From the IMG/VR virus record IMGVR_UViG_3300027017_000001: 44,171 nt of DNA. The stretch is one strand, 5' to 3'. The DNA comes from a virus. Positions 17,799-24,827 of the stretch are shown one piece after another. Under the pieces are notes generated by a model. The model was not told where the DNA came from. It searched no databases and was given only the letters and a program-made list of their open reading frames with translations. Numbering within the stretch: the stretch's first letter is position 1; the number at the start of each line of letters is the position of its first letter. A program made the position numbers and the translations under genes.

Positions 17799-17814
17799 CG
17801 CCTGGAGAAAAGTG

Positions 17815-18240
17815 ATGACGGTAAACGAGAAAGACCGCGACATCCTCGCGCGCACGCTGTGGGGCGAGGCCCGCGGGGAAGGGCTGGCCGGCCAGATTGC
17901 CGTGGCCTGGACCATCCGCAACCGCGTAAACGATGGCCGGACCAAGTCCTGGTGGGGAGAAGGCTATGCCGGAGTGTGCCAGGCGCCGTACCAGTTCAGC
18001 TGCTGGAACAAGAACGACCCGAACTACCCGTTCCTAAGCGGCGCCAAGCCGATCCCGTCCGGCCAGTTCGCCCAGGCCCAGCGTGCGACTGATCAGGTGA
18101 TCGCCGGTACCGTGCCCGATCCCACCGGCGGCGCCACGCACTACTACGCGACCACCATGCCCAAGGCCCCAGCCTGGGCTGCGAAGGCCAAGCAAACGGT
18201 GCGTATCGGGCAGCACGTATTCTTCAAGGACGTGCCGTAA
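17815..18240 (+). CDS. Endolysin, SleB-type cell wall hydrolase (Hydrolase_2-like)
   Basis: ATG 17815 follows GGAG. The motifs ARTLWGEARGE...YQFSCWN are typical of the SleB/CwlJ family. Spanin genes follow. Confidence 0.85.
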   Translation: MTVNEKDRDILARTLWGEARGEGLAGQIAVAWTIRNRVNDGRTKSWWGEGYAGVCQAPYQFSCWNKNDPNYPFLSGAKPIPSGQFAQAQRATDQVIAGTVPDPTGGATHYYATTMPKAPAWAAKAKQTVRIGQHVFFKDVP

Positions 18241-18611
18241 TGACTCCGGCGCAGAAGTTGCTCGGCACCCTGATGCTGGCTGCCCTGCTGATCGCCGCCG
18301 GTACCGGCCTGGGGGCCTGGCTCGCCGCGGGCCACTACCGACCATTGCTCGACGCTGCCCAGGACGATCTGGCTACAACCAAGGCTGGTCGCGACCACCT
18401 GGAAGAGCTGGCGGGCGAGCAGGGCAGGAAGCTCGGCGACCTGGTGCTGGCCGGTCGGGAGCGTGAGCAGCGCGCCGCCCAGGCCCAGGCCGACGCCCGG
18501 GAACTGTCACGGGTCGACAACGCTGAAGCGAACAGGCTGCTGCAGGAGCGAACCGGTGGCGACCAGTGTGTAGCTGCAACCTCGATCATCGACAAGGAGC
18601 TGGGCCTATGA
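18240..18611 (+). CDS. i-spanin (Rz-like)
   Basis: 123 aa with an N-terminal TM helix (LLGTLMLAALLIAAGTGLGAWLAAG) followed by a charged coiled-coil. Its start shares a TAATG overlap with the endolysin stop. Confidence 0.75.
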   Translation: MTPAQKLLGTLMLAALLIAAGTGLGAWLAAGHYRPLLDAAQDDLATTKAGRDHLEELAGEQGRKLGDLVLAGREREQRAAQAQADARELSRVDNAEANRLLQERTGGDQCVAATSIIDKELGL

Positions 18612-18751
18612 CCATTCTCTGGGCGGACCTGCCCGGCCACCAAGCAGGCGCAAAAACCGCTGAAAGCTGCATATCCTCTAGCCTTGGGCCCGGCCACCAG
18701 GGTGGGCCTGCTGGTCTGGTAGAAAAGTGCAGGACCTGGAAAAAAGGGCAG

Positions 18752-18997
18752 GTGCTGCTGCTCGGCCTGCTGCTGGCGGGGTGCGCTGGCCGAGAGCCGG
18801 AGGTGCGCACTGTGCGGGTGGAGGTGCCTGTGCAGGTGCCATGCCGCACGCAAGAGGTGGCGGTGCCACCCTGGGCGGCCTCCGACCTGAAGAAGTCCGA
18901 CGGTTTGGAGCTGAAGGTGCGGGCGCTGCTGGCCGAACGCCGGCAGCGGATCGGGTACGAACGGCAGTTGCTGGCTAGCGTATCGGCTTGCCATTGA
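18752..18997 (+). CDS. o-spanin (Rz1-like lipoprotein)
   Basis: Lipobox LLLAGC is followed by a Pro-rich mature part. Between ATG 18608 and the lipobox the only in-frame canonical start is GTG 18752, which is preceded by AAGGG. The start is uncertain. Confidence 0.6.
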   Translation: MLLLGLLLAGCAGREPEVRTVRVEVPVQVPCRTQEVAVPPWAASDLKKSDGLELKVRALLAERRQRIGYERQLLASVSACH

Positions 18998-19077
18998 TCG
19001 ATCGACATGGCCAGCGCGGCACCGCCTGGGGTGCCGATCTGGCCTGCAATGGATTGGACAGACCTTGTATGAAAATT

Positions 19078-19096
19078 AACCGTTTCGAACGGTTTT
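19078..19096 (+). terminator. Possible terminator at the end of the late operon
   Basis: Hairpin AACCGTT-tcg-AACGGTT with a short T-run. Weak. Confidence 0.35.
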
Positions 19097-19099
19097 CCC

Positions 19100-19365
19100 G
19101 CCTCTCTGCTTAAATTTTGCTAAAGCAAGAATTAAAGCGTCATCAAGCCACTGATTTATAAGGGTTTTTTTGTTCAGTGGTTCCGGTCCATCATCGGCGC
19201 CACAGAAAACCTCCTAAGTACCGGATTCAGGGGCTTAGCTAGGATTTCTGCTGTGTTCGTCTGCATTTACATAAATCTCATTTTCTATCGTTTTCCACCT
19301 TTTTTGCTTATTCTCCAGAATCCTTTGCTGAAATTCAGCAAGGCTCGAAGAGGATTCAGCAAAAA
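19100..19365. other. attP-containing region (core not identified)
   Basis: AT-rich non-coding stretch immediately upstream of int, with repeated GGATTCAG(C/G) motifs and a 7-bp inverted repeat TTGCTGA-aat-TCAGCAA. Confidence 0.45.
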
Positions 19366-20493
19366 ATGGGATCTATCACCGTTCGCAAGCGGAAGGACGG
19401 GTCTGTTGCGTACAACGCCCAGGTCCGGATCATGCAGAAGGGCGTGACAGTTTATCAGGAAAGCCAAACATTCGACCGCAAGACCACGGCCCAGGCCTGG
19501 ATCAAGCGCGTTGAAACGGAAATGGCGGAGCCTGGGGCAATCGCGAGGGCTTCCAGGAAGGGAGTGACGCTCAAGGAAATGATCGCTCGCTACCTCGATG
19601 AGTACGAAAAGCTCCGGCCGCTGGGCAAGACCAAGCGCGCAACGCTGAAGGCAATCGGCGATAGCTGGCTGGGACTGGTAGAAGATAAGGATCTAACCAG
19701 CCAGAAACTGGTCGAGTACGCCAATGAGCGAATGCTGAAAGCTGGTGTCCAGCCGCAGACTGTTGGTAACGATCTCGCCCACTTAGGGGCCGTTCTGTCC
19801 GTGGCCAGGCCTGCCTGGGGCTATGACATTGATCCGATGGCTATGCCAGATGCACGGAAGGTGCTGCGCAAGATGGGGGCGGTGTCTCGGAGCAACGAAC
19901 GCGACCGCCGACCGACCATGGAAGAGCTGGATACTCTGCTGAAGTATTACGAGCAGATGCGCGACAGGAGGAAGCAGGAAATCGATATGGTGCGCATGAT
20001 CGGCTTCGCGCTTTTTTCCACTCGCAGGCAGGAGGAAATTACCCGTATTCGCTGGGATAGCATGGATGAAGCCAAGCAGATGGTTCTGATCACGGACATG
20101 AAGAACCCCGGCCAGAAGTACGGCAACGACGTTTGGTGTCACCTGCCTGATGAGGCCTGGCGAATCATGATGTCGATGCCGCGGGTGGCCGATGAGGTTT
20201 TTCCTTACGTCGCAAAGTCGGTGTCTGCCTCGTTCACCAGGGCCTGTCTGTTCCTGGAAATTGAGGACCTGCATTTTCACGACCTTCGCCATGACGGCAT
20301 CAGTCGACTGTTTGAAATGGGGTGGGATATCCCGAAAGTGGCCTCTGTTTCCGGTCACCGGGATTGGAACTCGATGCGGCGCTATACGCACCTGAGGGGG
20401 AATGGCGATCCATATAAGGACTGGCCATGGTTGGAGAGGATAATATCGGGCCCCACGATCGAGGCCCAGAAGAGATCAGCAAACGCTTCGTAG
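19366..20493 (+). CDS. int: Tyrosine integrase
   Basis: 375 aa. The catalytic-box motifs HDLRH and RRYTHL are present. The N-terminus is arm-binding-like. Confidence 0.9.
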   Translation: MGSITVRKRKDGSVAYNAQVRIMQKGVTVYQESQTFDRKTTAQAWIKRVETEMAEPGAIARASRKGVTLKEMIARYLDEYEKLRPLGKTKRATLKAIGDSWLGLVEDKDLTSQKLVEYANERMLKAGVQPQTVGNDLAHLGAVLSVARPAWGYDIDPMAMPDARKVLRKMGAVSRSNERDRRPTMEELDTLLKYYEQMRDRRKQEIDMVRMIGFALFSTRRQEEITRIRWDSMDEAKQMVLITDMKNPGQKYGNDVWCHLPDEAWRIMMSMPRVADEVFPYVAKSVSASFTRACLFLEIEDLHFHDLRHDGISRLFEMGWDIPKVASVSGHRDWNSMRRYTHLRGNGDPYKDWPWLERIISGPTIEAQKRSANAS

Positions 20494-20757
20494 GCGTCTG
20501 CCCATCAGTTTTTCATGCTCAGTCTTCGCTTTCAGGTGCTGGGCGTCCAGGTAACTGGCGAGGTCGTTCAGGTGAACGCCTCGGGCTGACTTCTGGCTAC
20601 CTTCAATGCGGACCAGGGGCAGATCGATTTCGCCTGAAGCGACCTTGTTTTTCATCTTCTCAGGCGTCAGGTGGCTGAAGTAATCGGCGCACACTCGTTC
20701 CAGGGGAATGATGGCCATGCCGTTGTATTGGGCCATAAGCAAAAATGCGGTGTTCAT
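20476..20757 (-). CDS. PrtN-family DNA-binding protein (probable excisionase/recombination directionality factor)
   Basis: The sequence MNTAFLLMAQYNGMAIIPLERVCADYFSHLTPEK...VRIEGSQKSARGVHL matches my memory of the pyocin-activator PrtN family. The gene is convergent with and adjacent to int. Confidence 0.6.
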   Translation of the reverse strand: MNTAFLLMAQYNGMAIIPLERVCADYFSHLTPEKMKNKVASGEIDLPLVRIEGSQKSARGVHLNDLASYLDAQHLKAKTEHEKLMGRRLRSVC

Positions 20758-20914
20758 GTGAATACCTCGCCCGCCTGGCGGGCTTGTGAAAGTTGAGTGG
20801 GTGTTTCAGAAAGATCTGATGGTTGCCGGCGTTGCGCGCGGCTATGGTTTCAGCGTTCGCCCGGCCCGTTGTCCTGGCTATCCGTCGACTTTCCGGCGGG
20901 CTGTGGCGAACTCC

Positions 20915-21784
20915 TCAGTCACCACAGAAGCAGTCGATATCTTCGGCCAGGTAGTCGAAATCAAAGCCCGTCTGTTTGGCTCGTTGATCAGCTGACCAGG
21001 CCAGCGACCGGTAATTGGGGCGGTCCTGGCGGAACACCTGGCCGAACCGTTCCTCGGTGCCCGACCACCATATGACCCGAGACGGGTCTTCCTGGATGGT
21101 CTTGATTAGCTTGCCTTCGTTCTTCTTCCAGCACAGATCGCAATTTCCAAAGTCTGAGTCCATGCCCAGGTCGAACGGTTGCGTCTTCCAGAACTCGGCG
21201 ACGTCTTCCTTGGTGATGCCGGCAGTGTAGGAGGGGCATAGGTTGTACCAGCGGGTTCCGCCACGGTCGTTCGCCGCCATCATGCGGTGGTAGCGCTTCG
21301 GTTCGTCATAACGGATACCGACCACGCAATCCCATTCGGTGTAGCCCAGGGCGCGCATGTGCTTCTCGCCGATCTTCACCTTCAGGTATGCGGTGCACAT
21401 GTTGTTCGAGAAGTTCGGCAGCACCGGCAACAGGTTCTTTTCTGCCTTCCGATACGCAGCGTAATACTCAAGCATCATGGTGAACGGCTCACCGTTGCGG
21501 CTTGCCGTCTCGAAATCGACGATCTTGTACCAGGGCGCATCGTCCGGCTGTCCGTACACCCGGCACCACTCCATCCACACGATGCTGACGTTCCAGCGCT
21601 TGGCGATCTGATCGATGAAGACCAGCGTTTCCTCGCGCTCCTTGCCGGTATTCTGGAAGAACAGGTGCACATCGGGCGGCAGAGTCCCGCCGTGGGCTTC
21701 GAGGATCTTGTAGACCATGTGTCCACTGGTTCGACCACCGCTGATACCGATCTGGGCTGGTCCAGTGATCAAATATGGGCTCAT
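20915..21784 (-). CDS. PAPS reductase / PP-loop ATP pyrophosphatase family protein (CysH/DndC/SspD-like)
   Basis: 289 aa with the PP-loop GISGGRTSGHM near the N-terminus and the Cys motifs GNCDLCW and DCFCGD near the C-terminus. Confidence 0.8.
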   Translation of the reverse strand: MSPYLITGPAQIGISGGRTSGHMVYKILEAHGGTLPPDVHLFFQNTGKEREETLVFIDQIAKRWNVSIVWMEWCRVYGQPDDAPWYKIVDFETASRNGEPFTMMLEYYAAYRKAEKNLLPVLPNFSNNMCTAYLKVKIGEKHMRALGYTEWDCVVGIRYDEPKRYHRMMAANDRGGTRWYNLCPSYTAGITKEDVAEFWKTQPFDLGMDSDFGNCDLCWKKNEGKLIKTIQEDPSRVIWWSGTEERFGQVFRQDRPNYRSLAWSADQRAKQTGFDFDYLAEDIDCFCGD

Positions 21785-21845
21785 CGCTTCGGCCCTCGGT
21801 AGATGTGCTGGCCCAGGAACAGCAGGGCGGGGAGGGAGAGGAAGA

Positions 21846-22403
21846 TCATGGCGCCACCTGCTTGCTCATGGCTGCGTCGATGGCGGTATCCAGGTCTTCG
21901 CCATTCAGCACTACGTTGTTCGGCGTCTGGCCTGCGAACACTCCGCCGCAGAGTATGGTTTCAAGGTCGCGCTCGCGCAGCCACTGATACCGTTCAGCGT
22001 TTTTGCGCAGCGCATCAGCTACCGGCGCGGGCTGCTCGGCGTAGACGGGACGTATCTCGCGCATGATTCCGAAACGGTTAAATTTGCCAGCTTCATGCGA
22101 GTGCAGTGCGCGTTCCATTTCGCTGCACTGTGTCCATGCCGTCCAGTTAGAGCCCACCCTGTTTGTCTTTCTTCTGGTCTGCCACGCCACCGGCTCGCCC
22201 TGGCGTTGGGCGGCTTTCAGCGCGTCCAGCTCGGCTTTCAGGGCATCACGCTCAGCGAGCCAGCGCAGGGCAGCTTCTTGATTGTATGCGGCCTGTTTCT
22301 TCTGATCCTCAACCTCGGCCTGCAACCGGGTAACGTGTGTGTTACCTGCGTGGCACTCTAAGCAGGTATGGCCGAGGTATTGGCATAACGAGCAGGCAGT
22401 CAT
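21846..22403 (-). CDS. Hypothetical protein with N-terminal Cys/His motif and coiled-coil
   Basis: The start MTACSLCQYLGHTCLECH was chosen because it forms an ATGA overlap with the upstream stop. The product is 185 aa. Confidence 0.65.
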   Translation of the reverse strand: MTACSLCQYLGHTCLECHAGNTHVTRLQAEVEDQKKQAAYNQEAALRWLAERDALKAELDALKAAQRQGEPVAWQTRRKTNRVGSNWTAWTQCSEMERALHSHEAGKFNRFGIMREIRPVYAEQPAPVADALRKNAERYQWLRERDLETILCGGVFAGQTPNNVVLNGEDLDTAIDAAMSKQVAP

Positions 22404-22726
22404 GGCTTCGCTCCAATGCAGCCTGCCGGACATGCGCCGCAGCAGGTGGGCTTCGGGATGGGGTTGAGGGCTTCGGCGGTAGCCGTCACGATGTGGTAGG
22501 CCGCGTCATCCACCTTGACCAGGCCTTTGGCGTTCGCCTCGTACCAGGCCAGCAACAACCCTTCCAGCTCATCAACCCGCTGATCGGTCTTGGTCAGGCG
22601 CTGCTGTAGGGCCTCGCGCTCGGCAAGGACGCGGTCGAAGTCGGCGACGCCAACGTACTGCGCATCGTCGAATTCTGTCTCTACAACGTGCCGGTGATAT
22701 GCACGAAAACGCTTCACTTCATTCAT
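22400..22726 (-). CDS. Hypothetical coiled-coil protein
   Basis: The start MNEVKRF is preceded by GGGAGA. The product is 108 aa. The 5' extension in the track ORF was rejected. Confidence 0.65.
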   Translation of the reverse strand: MNEVKRFRAYHRHVVETEFDDAQYVGVADFDRVLAEREALQQRLTKTDQRVDELEGLLLAWYEANAKGLVKVDDAAYHIVTATAEALNPIPKPTCCGACPAGCIGAKP

Positions 22727-22895
22727 CACTGTTCTCCCGCGTGCGCAGCTCGGCCATGGCCGCCTGGCGCTGCTTGCTGCATTTGTCGTGGTTGCCATGG
22801 GCGCGCGAGTGGTTGCAGATGTCGCACATGACGTTGAGATCGAGCGGCTTCATGGGGCGCCCGCGGATTGTGGTCTTGCGGCGCAGGGCGGTCAT
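22719..22895 (-). CDS. Small Cys/His-rich hypothetical protein (58 aa, not in the ORF track)
   Basis: I translated it as MTALRRKTTIRGRPMKPLDLNVMCDICNHSRAHGNHDKCSKQRQAAMAELRTRENSDE. It has an ATGA overlap with the upstream gene, an 8-nt overlap with the downstream gene, and high GC3. Confidence 0.5.
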   Translation of the reverse strand: MTALRRKTTIRGRPMKPLDLNVMCDICNHSRAHGNHDKCSKQRQAAMAELRTRENSDE

Positions 22896-23209
22896 GGTGA
22901 AGACCGCAGCAGGTCGAGGACTTCCATGATGCCGGCGGCCACGCTGGAAGGCTGGGCCACGGCGTAGGTGGTGAGGTTGCGGATCAACTTTTCCACCTCC
23001 GACTGCTTGAGAATGTCGTCGCCGGCGGCGCGGGCCACGTCCAGGGCGTAGCGCTTGCCCTCCAGGAACATGACCCTGTTGATGGGGCCGGTGATCACGA
23101 TCTCCGGAAGCGGCGGGTTGGCCAGGACTGGCGGGATCAGCTTTGGCGCAGGCGCAGGGGCCCGGCCGGCAAACGCTTCTTCAAGCGCGCGGAATGTGAG
23201 CGGGTTCAT
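22892..23209 (-). CDS. Hypothetical protein
   Basis: 105-aa ORF in the early-left operon. Confidence 0.65.
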   Translation of the reverse strand: MNPLTFRALEEAFAGRAPAPAPKLIPPVLANPPLPEIVITGPINRVMFLEGKRYALDVARAAGDDILKQSEVEKLIRNLTTYAVAQPSSVAAGIMEVLDLLRSSP

Positions 23210-23223
23210 TGGGCACCTCGGGA

Positions 23224-23436
23224 TCAGTCGTTGCGGGTCACGCCCGCCAGGTCGCCGTCGCGTAGGACAGCCGTCTCTTTCAGTTCCAGCAGGATGGCCG
23301 CGGCGTGCTCGCGGTTGAGGGCGTAGAGGTACACGCTGAACGTGCCCTCTACGGTGGTGAAGTCGACGGGGAACAGGCGCCAGGTCCGGCCCTGCTCAAC
23401 AACTACTGCGGCAAGGGTCACGGCCTGGCGGTCCAT
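23224..23436 (-). CDS. Hypothetical protein
   Basis: 70-aa ORF in the early-left operon. Confidence 0.6.
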   Translation of the reverse strand: MDRQAVTLAAVVVEQGRTWRLFPVDFTTVEGTFSVYLYALNREHAAAILLELKETAVLRDGDLAGVTRND

Positions 23437-23445
23437 TCAAGTCAC

Positions 23446-24273
23446 CTACTTCCCGACGCCGATAAATGGGGTCGCACTTCCGCTGGTCATATAAACCGGC
23501 AGTTTGCCGTCCCACTTTTCGATAGCGTTTAGCTCGACGACACCAGGGTTATTGCGCAGGGCCTGGCCACGGATGTTCAGCGACTCCGCCTCGCCTTGGG
23601 CGCGCAGCACGGCCGCGTCCTTCAAGCCCTTGGCTTCCTCGCGGGCCTTGTCTGCCTCGGCGATCACCTGGGCCACTTCGTTCTGGCGCTGCGCCGTCTT
23701 CTGGGTGGCCTCGATCTTCAGGTTTAGCGCAGCCACGACCTTTTCCGGCAACCCGATCTCACCGTTCAGATAAAGGCTCTCGACGATGATCCCCTTGCTG
23801 TCGAAGTGGTCACGCACCCGGGCTTCCACGTCCTTCAGGAACCGCTCCTTGTTCGGGCCGTAGATCTCCTCGGCTGTCAGCTTCGATGCGGTGTTGTTGA
23901 AGGCCGTGCGGATCACCTGCGGGACGTTGACCTGGACAATCTCGTCCATCGACTTGCGGTAGGTTTGGAACAGCAGGGGGGCAGCACCAGGCTTGGCGCG
24001 CAGGGTCATGCCGATGGGGGTGCTGATCTTCATGCCGTCCTTGTCCTGGAACGTGACGGTGCCGATGTTGATGTTCTGGTTGAACGTCGGGAACAGGAAC
24101 AGTTCTTCGTTCCAGGTCAGCCACTTGTAGCCGACACTGGTCTCGGTTGGAGCCACTCCTTTCTCGCTGCCCATGAGATTCACGATCACGCCCGTGTAAC
24201 CGGCGGGCACCTTGGAACAGCCGGCCGTGATGGCGAGCAGGCACAGCATTGCGACAGCGGCGATGCGCTTCAT
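23446..24273 (-). CDS. SPFH/Band-7 (HflC/prohibitin-like) lipoprotein
   Basis: The N-terminus MKRIAAVAMLCLLAITAGC gives a signal peptide plus lipobox. An SPFH-like core and a C-terminal Ala/Glu/Lys coiled-coil follow. The RBS is AGAGGA. The start forms an ATGA overlap with the upstream gene. Confidence 0.8.
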   Translation of the reverse strand: MKRIAAVAMLCLLAITAGCSKVPAGYTGVIVNLMGSEKGVAPTETSVGYKWLTWNEELFLFPTFNQNINIGTVTFQDKDGMKISTPIGMTLRAKPGAAPLLFQTYRKSMDEIVQVNVPQVIRTAFNNTASKLTAEEIYGPNKERFLKDVEARVRDHFDSKGIIVESLYLNGEIGLPEKVVAALNLKIEATQKTAQRQNEVAQVIAEADKAREEAKGLKDAAVLRAQGEAESLNIRGQALRNNPGVVELNAIEKWDGKLPVYMTSGSATPFIGVGK

Positions 24274-24518
24274 AGTTTTTCCTCTTTGGTGTTTGCCGCT
24301 GAGCTGCGGCGCTTGTTGAGCAGGTGGGTGACAAGGCAGATCGAGCCGATTAGCCAGAACGCGATCAGCGAAAACCCGAGAACTACCACCATGGTGGAGT
24401 CAGTGCTGATCATTGCCGGAGCAATCCCCCGCAGAATGACGATCGTCAGGGCCAGGTAGAGCAGTGCTGTCAGCAGTCGCAGAAACAGCCGGCCTGGCTT
24501 AATCAATGCTTCGGTCAT
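24270..24518 (-). CDS. Small 2-3 TM membrane protein coupled to the SPFH gene
   Basis: 82 aa, almost entirely hydrophobic helices (LLTALLYLALTIVIL.., VVVLGFSLIAFWLIGSICLV). Its start abuts the upstream stop. Confidence 0.7.
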   Translation of the reverse strand: MTEALIKPGRLFLRLLTALLYLALTIVILRGIAPAMISTDSTMVVVLGFSLIAFWLIGSICLVTHLLNKRRSSAANTKEEKL

Positions 24519-24749
24519 TCAAGCCACCTGCGCTGGCGGGTTCATGGCGAAGTAGATGCGGGCGCAGGCTTCGGTGTCCGGTCGCGCGCGGTGGCCGCCT
24601 ACCAGTTCATGCTCGGCGCCAGCAGTGATGTTCAGGTAGCGTTTGCCGGTGTCCGGATCGCGGGTGATGCCGGAGAAGAAACCGCCGCCGTAGGGCTGGC
24701 CGATTTCCGGGATGGTCACTGCTGGTGCTGCTTGGGCTGCTGCGGACAT
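24519..24749 (-). CDS. Small protein with DUF1566-paralog N-terminal motif
   Basis: The start MSAAAQ is preceded by GAGGAAAG. The motif IPEIGQPYGGGFFSG parallels WPGQGGI(N/Y)GG in the two larger paralogs. Confidence 0.6.
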   Translation of the reverse strand: MSAAAQAAPAVTIPEIGQPYGGGFFSGITRDPDTGKRYLNITAGAEHELVGGHRARPDTEACARIYFAMNPPAQVA

Positions 24750-24827
24750 GGTCTTTCCTCTTTTCGAAGGCAACAAAAAAGGCGCTGCTGCGCCCTGGTG
24801 CCGGATCAAGAACGAATGAATGAAGGA

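Noticed and set aside
18566-18751. N-terminal 62 residues of track ORF 18566..18997 as part of the o-spanin
   Set aside because: A lipobox about 70 residues from the N-terminus cannot function as a signal peptide. This part overlaps the i-spanin 3' end and the intergenic region. It is kept only as an alternative (ATG 18608) in the finding.
19171-19203. tRNA-like 3' end (..GTGGTTCCGGTCCATCATCGGCGCCA) that might have marked a tRNA-derived attP core
   Set aside because: The putative T-loop TTCCGGT violates the conserved purine-57/A58 positions. The T-stem pairs poorly (4 bp, including a wobble). The CCA is not correctly spaced from a 7-nt acceptor strand. No full cloverleaf is possible.
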